This document shows positions 18,288 to 25,989 of a stretch of 64,000 nt of DNA, piece by piece. Positions within the stretch are counted from its first letter, which is position 1. Every line of letters begins with the position of its first letter. The notes under the pieces were generated by a model. That model saw only the letters and a list, made by a program, of their open reading frames with translations, was not told the origin of the DNA and did no database searches. A program made the translations under genes and the position numbers. Source of the DNA: Escherichia coli phage phiS; the sequence record PP449093.1. One strand, 5' to 3'.

Positions 18288-18569
18288 ATGAAATTCATCA
18301 AAGCAACCGAAATCCTGAAAAACAAAGAAGCATACATCGGAAACATCGTTGGTATGAACATTCGCGGCGCTGGTAGCCAGTGGACCAAACTGGTTGATGT
18401 TAAAGCTAAAGGCGATAAAATTGAGTTCACTGTAAAAATGCTTACGCATAACGCACATATGGGTATCAAGACAAAAACGATGGCAGCAGATAAAAGCATT
18501 AACTATCAGGATCTGGGTGATTGGCTGAACTGGTGCAAAATGCACAACATCGAAACTAATCACGAATAA
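18288..18569 (+). CDS. Hypothetical protein (93 aa)
   Basis: GGAG RBS, PeSL upstream. Confidence 0.45.
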   Translation: MKFIKATEILKNKEAYIGNIVGMNIRGAGSQWTKLVDVKAKGDKIEFTVKMLTHNAHMGIKTKTMAADKSINYQDLGDWLNWCKMHNIETNHE

Positions 18570-18582
18570 TTTAAAAAAGTTG

Positions 18583-18611
18583 TTGACGGGGATCGGGAGA
18601 TCCCCTATAAT
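18583..18611 (+). promoter_or_regulatory. PeSL-like early promoter: TTGACG - 17 bp - TATAAT
   Basis: Inverted repeat GGGGATC ggga GATCCCC. Confidence 0.6.
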
Positions 18612-18644
18612 ACACACATACCGAAACGAAATAGGAGAATCAAA

Positions 18645-18812
18645 ATGTTCGAGACTAAAGCAGCATGTGAAGCATATATCATTGAAACCTACGGTGAAGA
18701 TTATCTGAAATTTGACATTGTAGTAGCACAGAAGATTGTAGGGATGGTTGCGAAATACCTGGGTGTTAAAGAAGGTTACTATCCTAGCAACGCACCAGAA
18801 ATTAACAAATAA
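18645..18812 (+). CDS. Small protein (55 aa), paralog of 15388..15555
   Basis: MFETKAACEAYIIETYGEDYLKFDIVVAQK... Confidence 0.5.
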   Translation: MFETKAACEAYIIETYGEDYLKFDIVVAQKIVGMVAKYLGVKEGYYPSNAPEINK

Positions 18813-18826
18813 TTTTATAAAAAGTG

Positions 18827-18855
18827 TTGACAGGGGAGGATAACTCCCCTACAAT
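18827..18855 (+). promoter_or_regulatory. PeSL-like early promoter: TTGACA - 17 bp - TACAAT
   Basis: Inverted repeat GGGGAG gataa CTCCCC. Confidence 0.55.
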
Positions 18856-18895
18856 ACAACCATCAAAACGAGATACCACTTAGGAGAATCAAACA

Positions 18896-19147
18896 ATGGC
18901 TAACATCGAAACCGCAAAGAAAATCGCTAAAGACCTGAACGTTAAAGGCTTCCGTAAACTGAAATTACAGCGTGTACGCTACACCATCGGCAAACAGTGC
19001 TCTTTCATGAGCGAAGAAATTGCTAACAGCCTGATTGATAACCTGATTGCGGCTGGCTGGGAAGTTGCGGATCTGAAAACTTGCCGCGAACTGGCTAACA
19101 AAGGTCTTTTAGATTCTGTTACTATCAAACCAATGGGGGCAGCGTGA
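18896..19147 (+). CDS. Hypothetical protein (83 aa)
   Basis: GGAG RBS, PeSL upstream. Confidence 0.45.
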   Translation: MANIETAKKIAKDLNVKGFRKLKLQRVRYTIGKQCSFMSEEIANSLIDNLIAAGWEVADLKTCRELANKGLLDSVTIKPMGAA

Positions 19148-19680
19148 ACAATATAGACTGGAAGAAATACTTTAATTATGATCCTGATACTGGTATTCTT
19201 ACATGGAAGGAGAGAACAGATATACACCCATCAAGAATAAAACAATGGAATGCTGCATGGGCTGGAAAGGAGGTCGGGTCACTAGGAAGTGGTGGACGTT
19301 ATCTTGAATCGTCAATAAAAATTGACGGTAAAATTATTAACTACAAAGTTCATCGAGTATGTTATATTATCCACAATGGACCTATACCAGAAGGATATGA
19401 AGTAGACCATATTAATCACATTAAGACAGATAATAGAGCGGTGAATTTTGAACTTAAGACACATCAAGACAACATGAGGAATCAAACAAAATCTAAAAAG
19501 AATACAAGCGGACACAGTGGAATACATAAAAACAAATACAATAAATGGGTAGTTAGAATTGGCAGCGGTCGTCGTGGTGATAGAAAATATCTAGGATGCT
19601 TCGATACATTAGAAGAAGCTATAGAGGTTAGAACCAAAGCAGAAAGAGAGCATGGCTATCATGAAAACCACGGAAAGTAA
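19144..19680 (+). CDS. HNH endonuclease with C-terminal AP2-like DNA-binding domain; GTG start
   Basis: HNH core YEVDHINHIKTDNRAVNFELKTHQDNMRNQ; AP2-like GIHKNKYNKWVVRIGSGRRGDRKYLGCFDTLEEAIEVR. Confidence 0.7.
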   Translation: MNNIDWKKYFNYDPDTGILTWKERTDIHPSRIKQWNAAWAGKEVGSLGSGGRYLESSIKIDGKIINYKVHRVCYIIHNGPIPEGYEVDHINHIKTDNRAVNFELKTHQDNMRNQTKSKKNTSGHSGIHKNKYNKWVVRIGSGRRGDRKYLGCFDTLEEAIEVRTKAEREHGYHENHGK

Positions 19681-20386
19681 ACTTATATTCTGTAATTTTG
19701 ATGGGTCCGGTATCATGGGTCTAGAATGGGCGAAAGCAGGTCATAAGGTGATCTGCTTTAACGCAGATGATGCGGATCATGGAACATATAAAAAATACAA
19801 CACTCGATTTGAGCATCCCAACCTAACATATGTTAATGCATGGATTGACCTAGATTGGTTGGAAAGGGCAATGGACCTTGAATGGGGCAAACCGGATATG
19901 ATCTTTGCGTTTCCTAGCTGTTCAAATTTAGCGGTTAGTGGCGCTGCACATTTTGAGCGTAAGCGAAAAACTCTAGGTCCACTCATTCAGCATAGAGATG
20001 TTCAAACAGCTAAAATAACCGCTTATTTGGGTGAATGGCTAGGAGTTCCCTACATGATAGAGAATCCTGTAAGCGTTATCTCTAGCATGTGGCGTAAGCC
20101 TGATTATATGTTCCATCCGTGGGAATATGGCGGTTATTTGCCGGAAGATGATAAACATCCTACTTTTCCTGAGTATATTGCCGCCCGTGATATGTACCCG
20201 AAAAGGACTTGCTTATGGACCGGACAAGGCTTTATAATGCCAGAAAAGAAACCGTTGCAGATTAATAAAGGGTACAGTAAACAGCATTCTAAGCTAGGCG
20301 GGAAAGGAACGAAAACAAAGACTATAAGGTCACTTACCCCGCGAGGATTCGCAAAGGCAGTATTTGAAGCAAATAAGGATCTATAA
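19652..20386 (+). CDS. Compact cytosine-C5 methyltransferase-like protein (catalytic domain only)
   Basis: Motif I-like FCNFDGSGIMG, motif IV-like DMIFAFPSCSNLAVSG (PSC instead of canonical PCQ), motif VI-like MIENP; start overlaps 3' end of the HNH-AP2 gene. Confidence 0.55.
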   Translation: MAIMKTTESKLIFCNFDGSGIMGLEWAKAGHKVICFNADDADHGTYKKYNTRFEHPNLTYVNAWIDLDWLERAMDLEWGKPDMIFAFPSCSNLAVSGAAHFERKRKTLGPLIQHRDVQTAKITAYLGEWLGVPYMIENPVSVISSMWRKPDYMFHPWEYGGYLPEDDKHPTFPEYIAARDMYPKRTCLWTGQGFIMPEKKPLQINKGYSKQHSKLGGKGTKTKTIRSLTPRGFAKAVFEANKDL

Positions 20387-20715
20387 TGAGATTGTTTAAG
20401 TATTCGCTAACGTCAAATTACGATAAACAAGGTCATTGCATCCGTTGCCCTGATTGTCATAACCATAACATCGAAAGCAAGATCACCGATCATATTGATG
20501 GACTTTGGTCGCCAGCAAGTGAAATAGAATACTATTGCGCTGATTGTGGAATTGTAGTAGCATATTGGGCATACGGATCATATGATCCATACTTCCAGAT
20601 GGGAGAGCGTTCAATCCCTGCGCTTATCTGGAGAATTAAGAACAATATCCGCCATTCATGGGATGAGTTATTAAAAGATATTGATTTACGTGATGATCCA
20701 TTCAGGAGACTATAA
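20386..20715 (+). CDS. Zinc-ribbon protein (two CxxC pairs)
   Basis: CIRCPDC ... CADCG. Confidence 0.45.
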   Translation: MRLFKYSLTSNYDKQGHCIRCPDCHNHNIESKITDHIDGLWSPASEIEYYCADCGIVVAYWAYGSYDPYFQMGERSIPALIWRIKNNIRHSWDELLKDIDLRDDPFRRL

Positions 20716-20716
20716 C

Positions 20717-21235
20717 ATGAACAGATTAACCCCTAAACGCCGTTACTATACCAATACTAAAAACTTTGTCATCTCTGTTTATGAGGCGTGGTTAGAAGAT
20801 GGCTATATCAACATGAACCCAGATTATCAGCGTCCTTTGGTATGGGACACCGAAAACAAACGTATGTTTATCGAAAACCTGATTAATGATTTTCCGGTTG
20901 GTGCTATCGCAATGGCTAAGATTGATGATGGCTCTCGATATGAGATCGAAATCGTGGACGGTAAACAGCGTTTAAACGCAATATTCTCCTTCATGAAGGA
21001 TGAGTTTAGCATTGCTGGTAATGATGATTCTATGCTGTATTACAGTGATTTTACGCCAGCAGAAAAGCGACGTTTCCGAAATCTCGGACTACCCGCGATA
21101 ATGATGGAAGAGAGCACACGAGAAGACCGATTAGAGTATTTCTACAAAACAAACTTTTTCGGTGTCCCTCAATCGGAAGAACATCGCCAGCATGTGATTT
21201 CCCTATTGCAAGATGAGCAATTAAAAAATAACTAA
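20717..21235 (+). CDS. Standalone DUF262 (ParB/Srx-like NTPase domain) protein
   Basis: PDYQRPLVW ... IVDGKQRLNAI matches the DUF262 signature (DxQR ... DGQQR); AGGAGA RBS before ATG 20717. Confidence 0.55.
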   Translation: MNRLTPKRRYYTNTKNFVISVYEAWLEDGYINMNPDYQRPLVWDTENKRMFIENLINDFPVGAIAMAKIDDGSRYEIEIVDGKQRLNAIFSFMKDEFSIAGNDDSMLYYSDFTPAEKRRFRNLGLPAIMMEESTREDRLEYFYKTNFFGVPQSEEHRQHVISLLQDEQLKNN

Positions 21236-21242
21236 AAAGTTG

Positions 21243-21272
21243 TTGACAGGGGGATCGGTGATCCCCTATAAT
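21243..21272 (+). promoter_or_regulatory. PeSL-like early promoter: TTGACA - 18 bp - TATAAT
   Basis: Inverted repeat GGGGGATC ggt GATCCCC. Confidence 0.55.
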
Positions 21273-21308
21273 GCACACATACCGAAACGAACTACTAAGG
21301 AGTATCAA

Positions 21309-21521
21309 ATGGCTAACATCGAAATCATCATTACCGACGTAACTTATGACCGCATTAACGAAATCGGTACTGCATTACTGGAAGATGAAACAACTCGTAC
21401 CATCAACTACGCAGAATACGTTGAAATGCGTGGCTGGATTAAACGAGTAGGAAAATATACCCTGATTGAAAAAGACTATTCAGGATATACCTTAGAGCAA
21501 TTGCTCGATGGTGCATTATAA
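21309..21521 (+). CDS. Hypothetical protein (70 aa)
   Basis: ATG with GGAG RBS; followed by terminator hairpin. Confidence 0.45.
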   Translation: MANIEIIITDVTYDRINEIGTALLEDETTRTINYAEYVEMRGWIKRVGKYTLIEKDYSGYTLEQLLDGAL

Positions 21522-21526
21522 TAAAG

Positions 21527-21546
21527 GGGGCGTTAAGCCCCGTTTT
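21527..21546 (+). terminator. Terminator-like hairpin
   Basis: GGGGC gttaa GCCCC followed by GTTTT. Confidence 0.45.
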
Positions 21547-21587
21547 CATAAATATAGGTTTATAGGTTATCAACTAGAGGATATAAA

Positions 21588-23639
21588 ATGTTTAACTTAG
21601 AAATCGACGATCTAATGATTGAATCTTTCGAGAAATGGCTGTTGACGGAAGAGGAAGAAAACTTTGGTAGTATTGCCCCGGTACAGTGCTTAAAGCCTAA
21701 GCAGAATCCTAAACAGCTTTTTGCAGTACAGACACGCGATAAAGATGTGATTGTCCGTCTTTGTAACTTCACCAACAAAACACCTAAAATCATTCGTATG
21801 GGTGACAAGACAGCACATGTTGTACTGTGCGAAATGAACAAAAGCGGTCGTATTGTACAGCTTAAAAATGGTCTAGGCGATAACCCGATTGCAGTTATGG
21901 CAAGTGCTTTTGATGTGGTTATGGAAACAGCCCGTAAAGCGCAATTAGACGCTGTTATGTTCCGTTTTAACGTATCCCGCATGAAAGGTAAGACCGAACT
22001 GGTTAAGCGCGTTATAGAGCGTTTGGTGCGTCGTACACCGAAGTTTGAAGTATTCCAGCAGGAAGTAATGACCAGCAAAAAGATCGCTTTAGTTGTTGTC
22101 AAGCGTCGCGGTATGGCGATTGATAAGATTAAAGGGATTAAACTTGATGATTCCTTGTTCACTAAAGTAGAAAGTGATTTAGGTGATCGCTGGGTATCTA
22201 AGGCTACTGGTGAATCTCTGACTAAAGATGAGGCGTATGCGGCTAGTCTTGTGTCAGAAGAAGAACGAAACGCGGAAGCGGAACAACGCGTAGCGGCTAA
22301 ATCTCGTTTGACTAAAGAAGAAATGCTGAAAACTCAAGCGACCTATAACAGCGACTATGTGAATCATCCAGAAAAAATTAATCTTAAACCGGAAGAAGAT
22401 ATCACCGAAGCCGAACCTAAGAAACAGTTTAATACTCTGATTGATCGTCAAGCCTTAGAACGTTCAACCGCTCGTTCTCTGAATGAATGGACAAGTGATA
22501 TTATCACTCGCTATGGTTTCATGCGTACTATTTTTGAAAGCGAAGCCGATGCAAAATACGCAGTAAGCGAACTGGTAAAAGTTCAGGATCAATATGATCC
22601 GTTGTCTGCGGAAGTTATCGCAGCATCAATCAAACGCTTAAAAGAAATCATGAGCGAGGAAGTATTCGAAAACAAGATCACCGCCCTGGCAATGGATCGA
22701 GTAGACCAGTCTATGCCAGCAGATGTAAAAGCTGAAATGCTGCGTAGTCATATCACCCAGATTAAAACCGATGCCCTACGTAATGTTGCTTCCGGTATGT
22801 TTGAAGCAATTGCTAGCAACATGGGTGAAATGATGGCAGATATTGATCTTGATCTGCCGGGCGCGGAAGGTTTTGTATTGAGCGAATATGCCGATGCAGC
22901 ATACATCAATATGAACAACTTCCTAACCGACCGTAAGCTGGAAGAGTTTGAAGGCATCGCAGATCCAGAAGAATTGGTCAAGATGTGCGATGCACTGGAT
23001 AATGCCTTCTCTAACTATGGTGTTAAACTTGATCCGGGTACTATTCTGTATCGTGGTATGGACTTCCGGTCGCAAATGTGGGAAACTGCACGTAAGCAAA
23101 AAGCGTTTTACTTTAAAAACTATGTGAGCACTTCCCTTGCACCTAACATTTTTGGTGGCTGGAATGCAAACGTGGCTAGTGCCATTGCTGGTGTTGATTC
23201 TATGGCTGGCTCTCGCGGTGAAGGTGGCGCTAATGTTGCTTTCTCCATTGCTGGCGCGGAAAACATCCCTGTATTGCCAGTAGGTAACAAAGCATTTGCT
23301 TACAAAGAATGCGAGATTTTACTTCCTCGCGGTGTTGTGTTATCCTTTGATACGGTAACTCGTGCTACGGCATCGACGGATTCACAAGAAACATATTACA
23401 TTGAGGCACATATTATGAACAAAAGTGAACTGGCAGCATTACAAGAATCTGGCGAAATGATCGCGGACGGTGATGCATTCATCCGTGAAGGTGTTGTTAA
23501 ACCTGCTTCTGACCTGTCTTTCTCCAGCTTCATTAGCGAAGCTAAAACCGAACGTAAGAAAGCAGATAAGGCAACTCTACGTCAGCTTATCGCTGATCTG
23601 GTATCTGTAGACGCAATGCCAGATAAATTTAAAATGTAA
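21588..23639 (+). CDS. alt: ADP-ribosyltransferase Alt (head-packaged)
   Basis: 683 aa (T4 Alt is about 682); R-S-E catalytic triad motifs LYRG, VSTSLAP, ECEILLPRG; CATAAATA late-promoter-like box at 21547-21554. Confidence 0.85.
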   Translation: MFNLEIDDLMIESFEKWLLTEEEENFGSIAPVQCLKPKQNPKQLFAVQTRDKDVIVRLCNFTNKTPKIIRMGDKTAHVVLCEMNKSGRIVQLKNGLGDNPIAVMASAFDVVMETARKAQLDAVMFRFNVSRMKGKTELVKRVIERLVRRTPKFEVFQQEVMTSKKIALVVVKRRGMAIDKIKGIKLDDSLFTKVESDLGDRWVSKATGESLTKDEAYAASLVSEEERNAEAEQRVAAKSRLTKEEMLKTQATYNSDYVNHPEKINLKPEEDITEAEPKKQFNTLIDRQALERSTARSLNEWTSDIITRYGFMRTIFESEADAKYAVSELVKVQDQYDPLSAEVIAASIKRLKEIMSEEVFENKITALAMDRVDQSMPADVKAEMLRSHITQIKTDALRNVASGMFEAIASNMGEMMADIDLDLPGAEGFVLSEYADAAYINMNNFLTDRKLEEFEGIADPEELVKMCDALDNAFSNYGVKLDPGTILYRGMDFRSQMWETARKQKAFYFKNYVSTSLAPNIFGGWNANVASAIAGVDSMAGSRGEGGANVAFSIAGAENIPVLPVGNKAFAYKECEILLPRGVVLSFDTVTRATASTDSQETYYIEAHIMNKSELAALQESGEMIADGDAFIREGVVKPASDLSFSSFISEAKTERKKADKATLRQLIADLVSVDAMPDKFKM

Positions 23640-23656
23640 TTTTTAAGAAATAATGG

Positions 23657-23685
23657 TTGACTCAAACGGGGACTAGTTTTATACT
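23657..23685 (+). promoter_or_regulatory. PeSL-like promoter: TTGACT - 17 bp - TATACT, doubling as terminator hairpin after alt
   Basis: Hairpin ACGGGGACTAGT ... ACTAGCCCCGT plus TTTT; hexamers at consensus spacing. Confidence 0.5.
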
Positions 23686-23717
23686 AGCCCCGTTTTCTGT
23701 TATATGGGAGGTTTAAA

Positions 23718-24542
23718 ATGTTCAAGAAATTACAGGATTTTCGTCTTTCGGAAGAAGCACGCGAATCAATGATGGAACGTATGGATAATTACATCGAAAC
23801 ATATGGCATCGAGGGGATTAATGGTTACATGATCACTGAGATGATCAGCGATCAGATTAACTTTGATGATTATGTGAAGGTTATCCGCTTCCTTGAGCGT
23901 GAGACACAAGATTATGGATTTGTCAAGAAAATCATTAATGTGATGTATGAAGTACACTCCGAAGACTTTGGAGATAATGTATTCAAACATTACAAACATA
24001 ACAATATAACCCCAGCAGAATATAATGCAATCTGTGATTATGTGTCTGAACAATACGAATGGGTAAATGGTGCTCTCTTAGGGGAAGAAGACATGACCGA
24101 TGAGATATCAGAGATTGTTGATTTGATGGATTGTGTCATGGATAAAACCGAAAAGTTAAACGGTACTCTTTATCGCGGTCAACATCTTGACATTCAGACA
24201 ATAGAGCGTATTATTGAAGATAAGGAATTTACCTTTAAAAACTTTGTGTCGACCAGCATGACACCAATCATCTTTGGAGGCTGGCTTTCAAACAGCACTA
24301 GCCTTTATTGTGAGAATCGATATGAATCAATGACCGGAAAGATGCAACATTCTTGTAATGTATCGTGGGTAATTGACGTAAAAGATCATAAAGGTTTTGT
24401 CGTTGGGTCAATTGCATGGAACCCTTGCGAATGTGAAGTAATTTTACCGCGCGGGACTTGCGTCAAGGTAAACGACGTAGTAGAATCTTTCGGCGATGAG
24501 AATCGTAGACAATTTACAATTTTCGGTGAGGTGACTAAATGA
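23718..24542 (+). CDS. Second ADP-ribosyltransferase (Alt/Mod-like, 274 aa)
   Basis: LYRGQHL, FVSTSMTPIIFGGW, ECEVILPRG parallel the Alt catalytic motifs. Confidence 0.7.
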   Translation: MFKKLQDFRLSEEARESMMERMDNYIETYGIEGINGYMITEMISDQINFDDYVKVIRFLERETQDYGFVKKIINVMYEVHSEDFGDNVFKHYKHNNITPAEYNAICDYVSEQYEWVNGALLGEEDMTDEISEIVDLMDCVMDKTEKLNGTLYRGQHLDIQTIERIIEDKEFTFKNFVSTSMTPIIFGGWLSNSTSLYCENRYESMTGKMQHSCNVSWVIDVKDHKGFVVGSIAWNPCECEVILPRGTCVKVNDVVESFGDENRRQFTIFGEVTK

Positions 24543-25024
24543 AAATGATTAAACTGATTGGTCTTGCGGCTGCATTCATGCTTACTGGTTGTGCCAACAT
24601 GGAAGCTATGATGAATGCTAAATCAGATCCGGTTTTCTTGCTTCGTGAATGTAAAGCAGCATATGCAAGTGATGGTCAGATCGAATCATGCTTTATTTCT
24701 AAAATGGAACGTCGAGACGTAGATCGAGTTAAAGTTGGTTTAGCACCACAAACTCAGATGTTCAAGGATGCAATCAAAGAAGCGCGGGAAGAGAAAGAAC
24801 AAGAAGAAAAGAAGCGTCAAGAAGAATTGCGCAAGCAGAAAGAAGAGTCTAAACAACTTGATAAGATGAAAGCACGGGATCGCTGTATCATCATGTCTGA
24901 CATGCAGATAGAGCAAGAAGCAAGAAAGGCAGCATTAAACGGTGATTATGACCGTTATGAAGAACTTAACAGCGCAGAATTTCAAACTAAGGCACTAAAA
25001 TATTGCAATGATTTAGCAAAATAA
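24539..25024 (+). CDS. Lipoprotein with coiled-coil region
   Basis: Signal peptide plus lipobox MKMIKLIGLAAAFMLTGC; K/E-rich central segment. Confidence 0.6.
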   Translation: MKMIKLIGLAAAFMLTGCANMEAMMNAKSDPVFLLRECKAAYASDGQIESCFISKMERRDVDRVKVGLAPQTQMFKDAIKEAREEKEQEEKKRQEELRKQKEESKQLDKMKARDRCIIMSDMQIEQEARKAALNGDYDRYEELNSAEFQTKALKYCNDLAK

Positions 25025-25027
25025 AAA

Positions 25028-25050
25028 GGCGGGGGATAATCCCCGCCTTT
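25028..25050. terminator. Bidirectional terminator between convergent early (+) and late (-) units
   Basis: AAAAA GGCGGGGG ataat CCCCGCC TTT; run of A on one side and T on the other. Confidence 0.6.
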
Positions 25051-25056
25051 CGCTTA

Positions 25057-25989
25057 TCAGAACCAGTTAGTGACAGTATTCACCACACGCCCACCAACGC
25101 CATTTAGACGCGATAAAGCATTACCAGCAGCAGATAACCCACTATCAAGTAAATTATTGCCGAAAGTGTTTGTTATTGCGTTTATTGCCTTATCCTCAAT
25201 CCATTCTCGCGCGGCTTGCTCTCCTACAGCACCAGTTTGCATAGAACGATATGCGAAAGTAACATCGAATGTTGTGATTTCGTTGTTGTTTTCATAGTTT
25301 AATTCCGGTGCACTCACACCAACAGGAACACAACCATTAAACATCATGATCGTGTGAGGAACTCCCATTCGGTTATGTAAGTTGACCTGAATATCTGCTT
25401 CAACGTCAACAGGAAGCGCACGAAGCCCTGTAACGGGGTCTTCTACTGAGTTAACCCAATCCTGCATTGCTCTATAGTTTGATGCGCTAGAGTCCATTCT
25501 AAAGCTCAATACAAGCGGATCAAAATCACGTCCGGTAATTCGAATGTTTGGCGCATTGTGGTTACGGTCCATTTCATAATTCAATCTGTTTTCTGGAACC
25601 TTAACAGCATACACCAGAAGACCGCTTGTCTTATATGCCATATTGAACCAGTCAAGCGCATACGTACCAACATCAAATTGCCCCAGAAGAGATTGAACTA
25701 CGCGGGATGACATTGCACCTAAAAGATACTTTTTGACACCGGATGAATCAACAGCACGCCTAACACCCTGTACAGCAAGATTTGTTAATGCGTCAGTATA
25801 ATCACCACGAGTAATCCCGAAATAGTCATTTAATGCATTTGGTATAATATCATATACCGCACCGCCCATACTTTCTAGGATCGCTTGTGTCTTATTACTT
25901 GGAGTGGTGGCAAATGCCACGCTGAATAAGTTGGATCGCTGAAAGTCAAGGTTAGCGGCTTGTTCGTTAAAATCATTTAAATCAAACAT
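25057..25989 (-). CDS. 54: Baseplate tail tube initiator (gp54-like)
   Basis: 310 aa; order 51-27-28-29-48-54 as in T4. Confidence 0.75.
   Translation of the reverse strand: MFDLNDFNEQAANLDFQRSNLFSVAFATTPSNKTQAILESMGGAVYDIIPNALNDYFGITRGDYTDALTNLAVQGVRRAVDSSGVKKYLLGAMSSRVVQSLLGQFDVGTYALDWFNMAYKTSGLLVYAVKVPENRLNYEMDRNHNAPNIRITGRDFDPLVLSFRMDSSASNYRAMQDWVNSVEDPVTGLRALPVDVEADIQVNLHNRMGVPHTIMMFNGCVPVGVSAPELNYENNNEITTFDVTFAYRSMQTGAVGEQAAREWIEDKAINAITNTFGNNLLDSGLSAAGNALSRLNGVGGRVVNTVTNWF

Noticed and set aside
15300-21300. Possible CRISPR array suggested by regularly recurring GC-rich repeats
   Set aside because: The repeats are promoter hexamers with stem-loops spaced by whole genes (200-700 bp) and followed by RBS plus ATG, not 25-40 bp repeats with short unique spacers.
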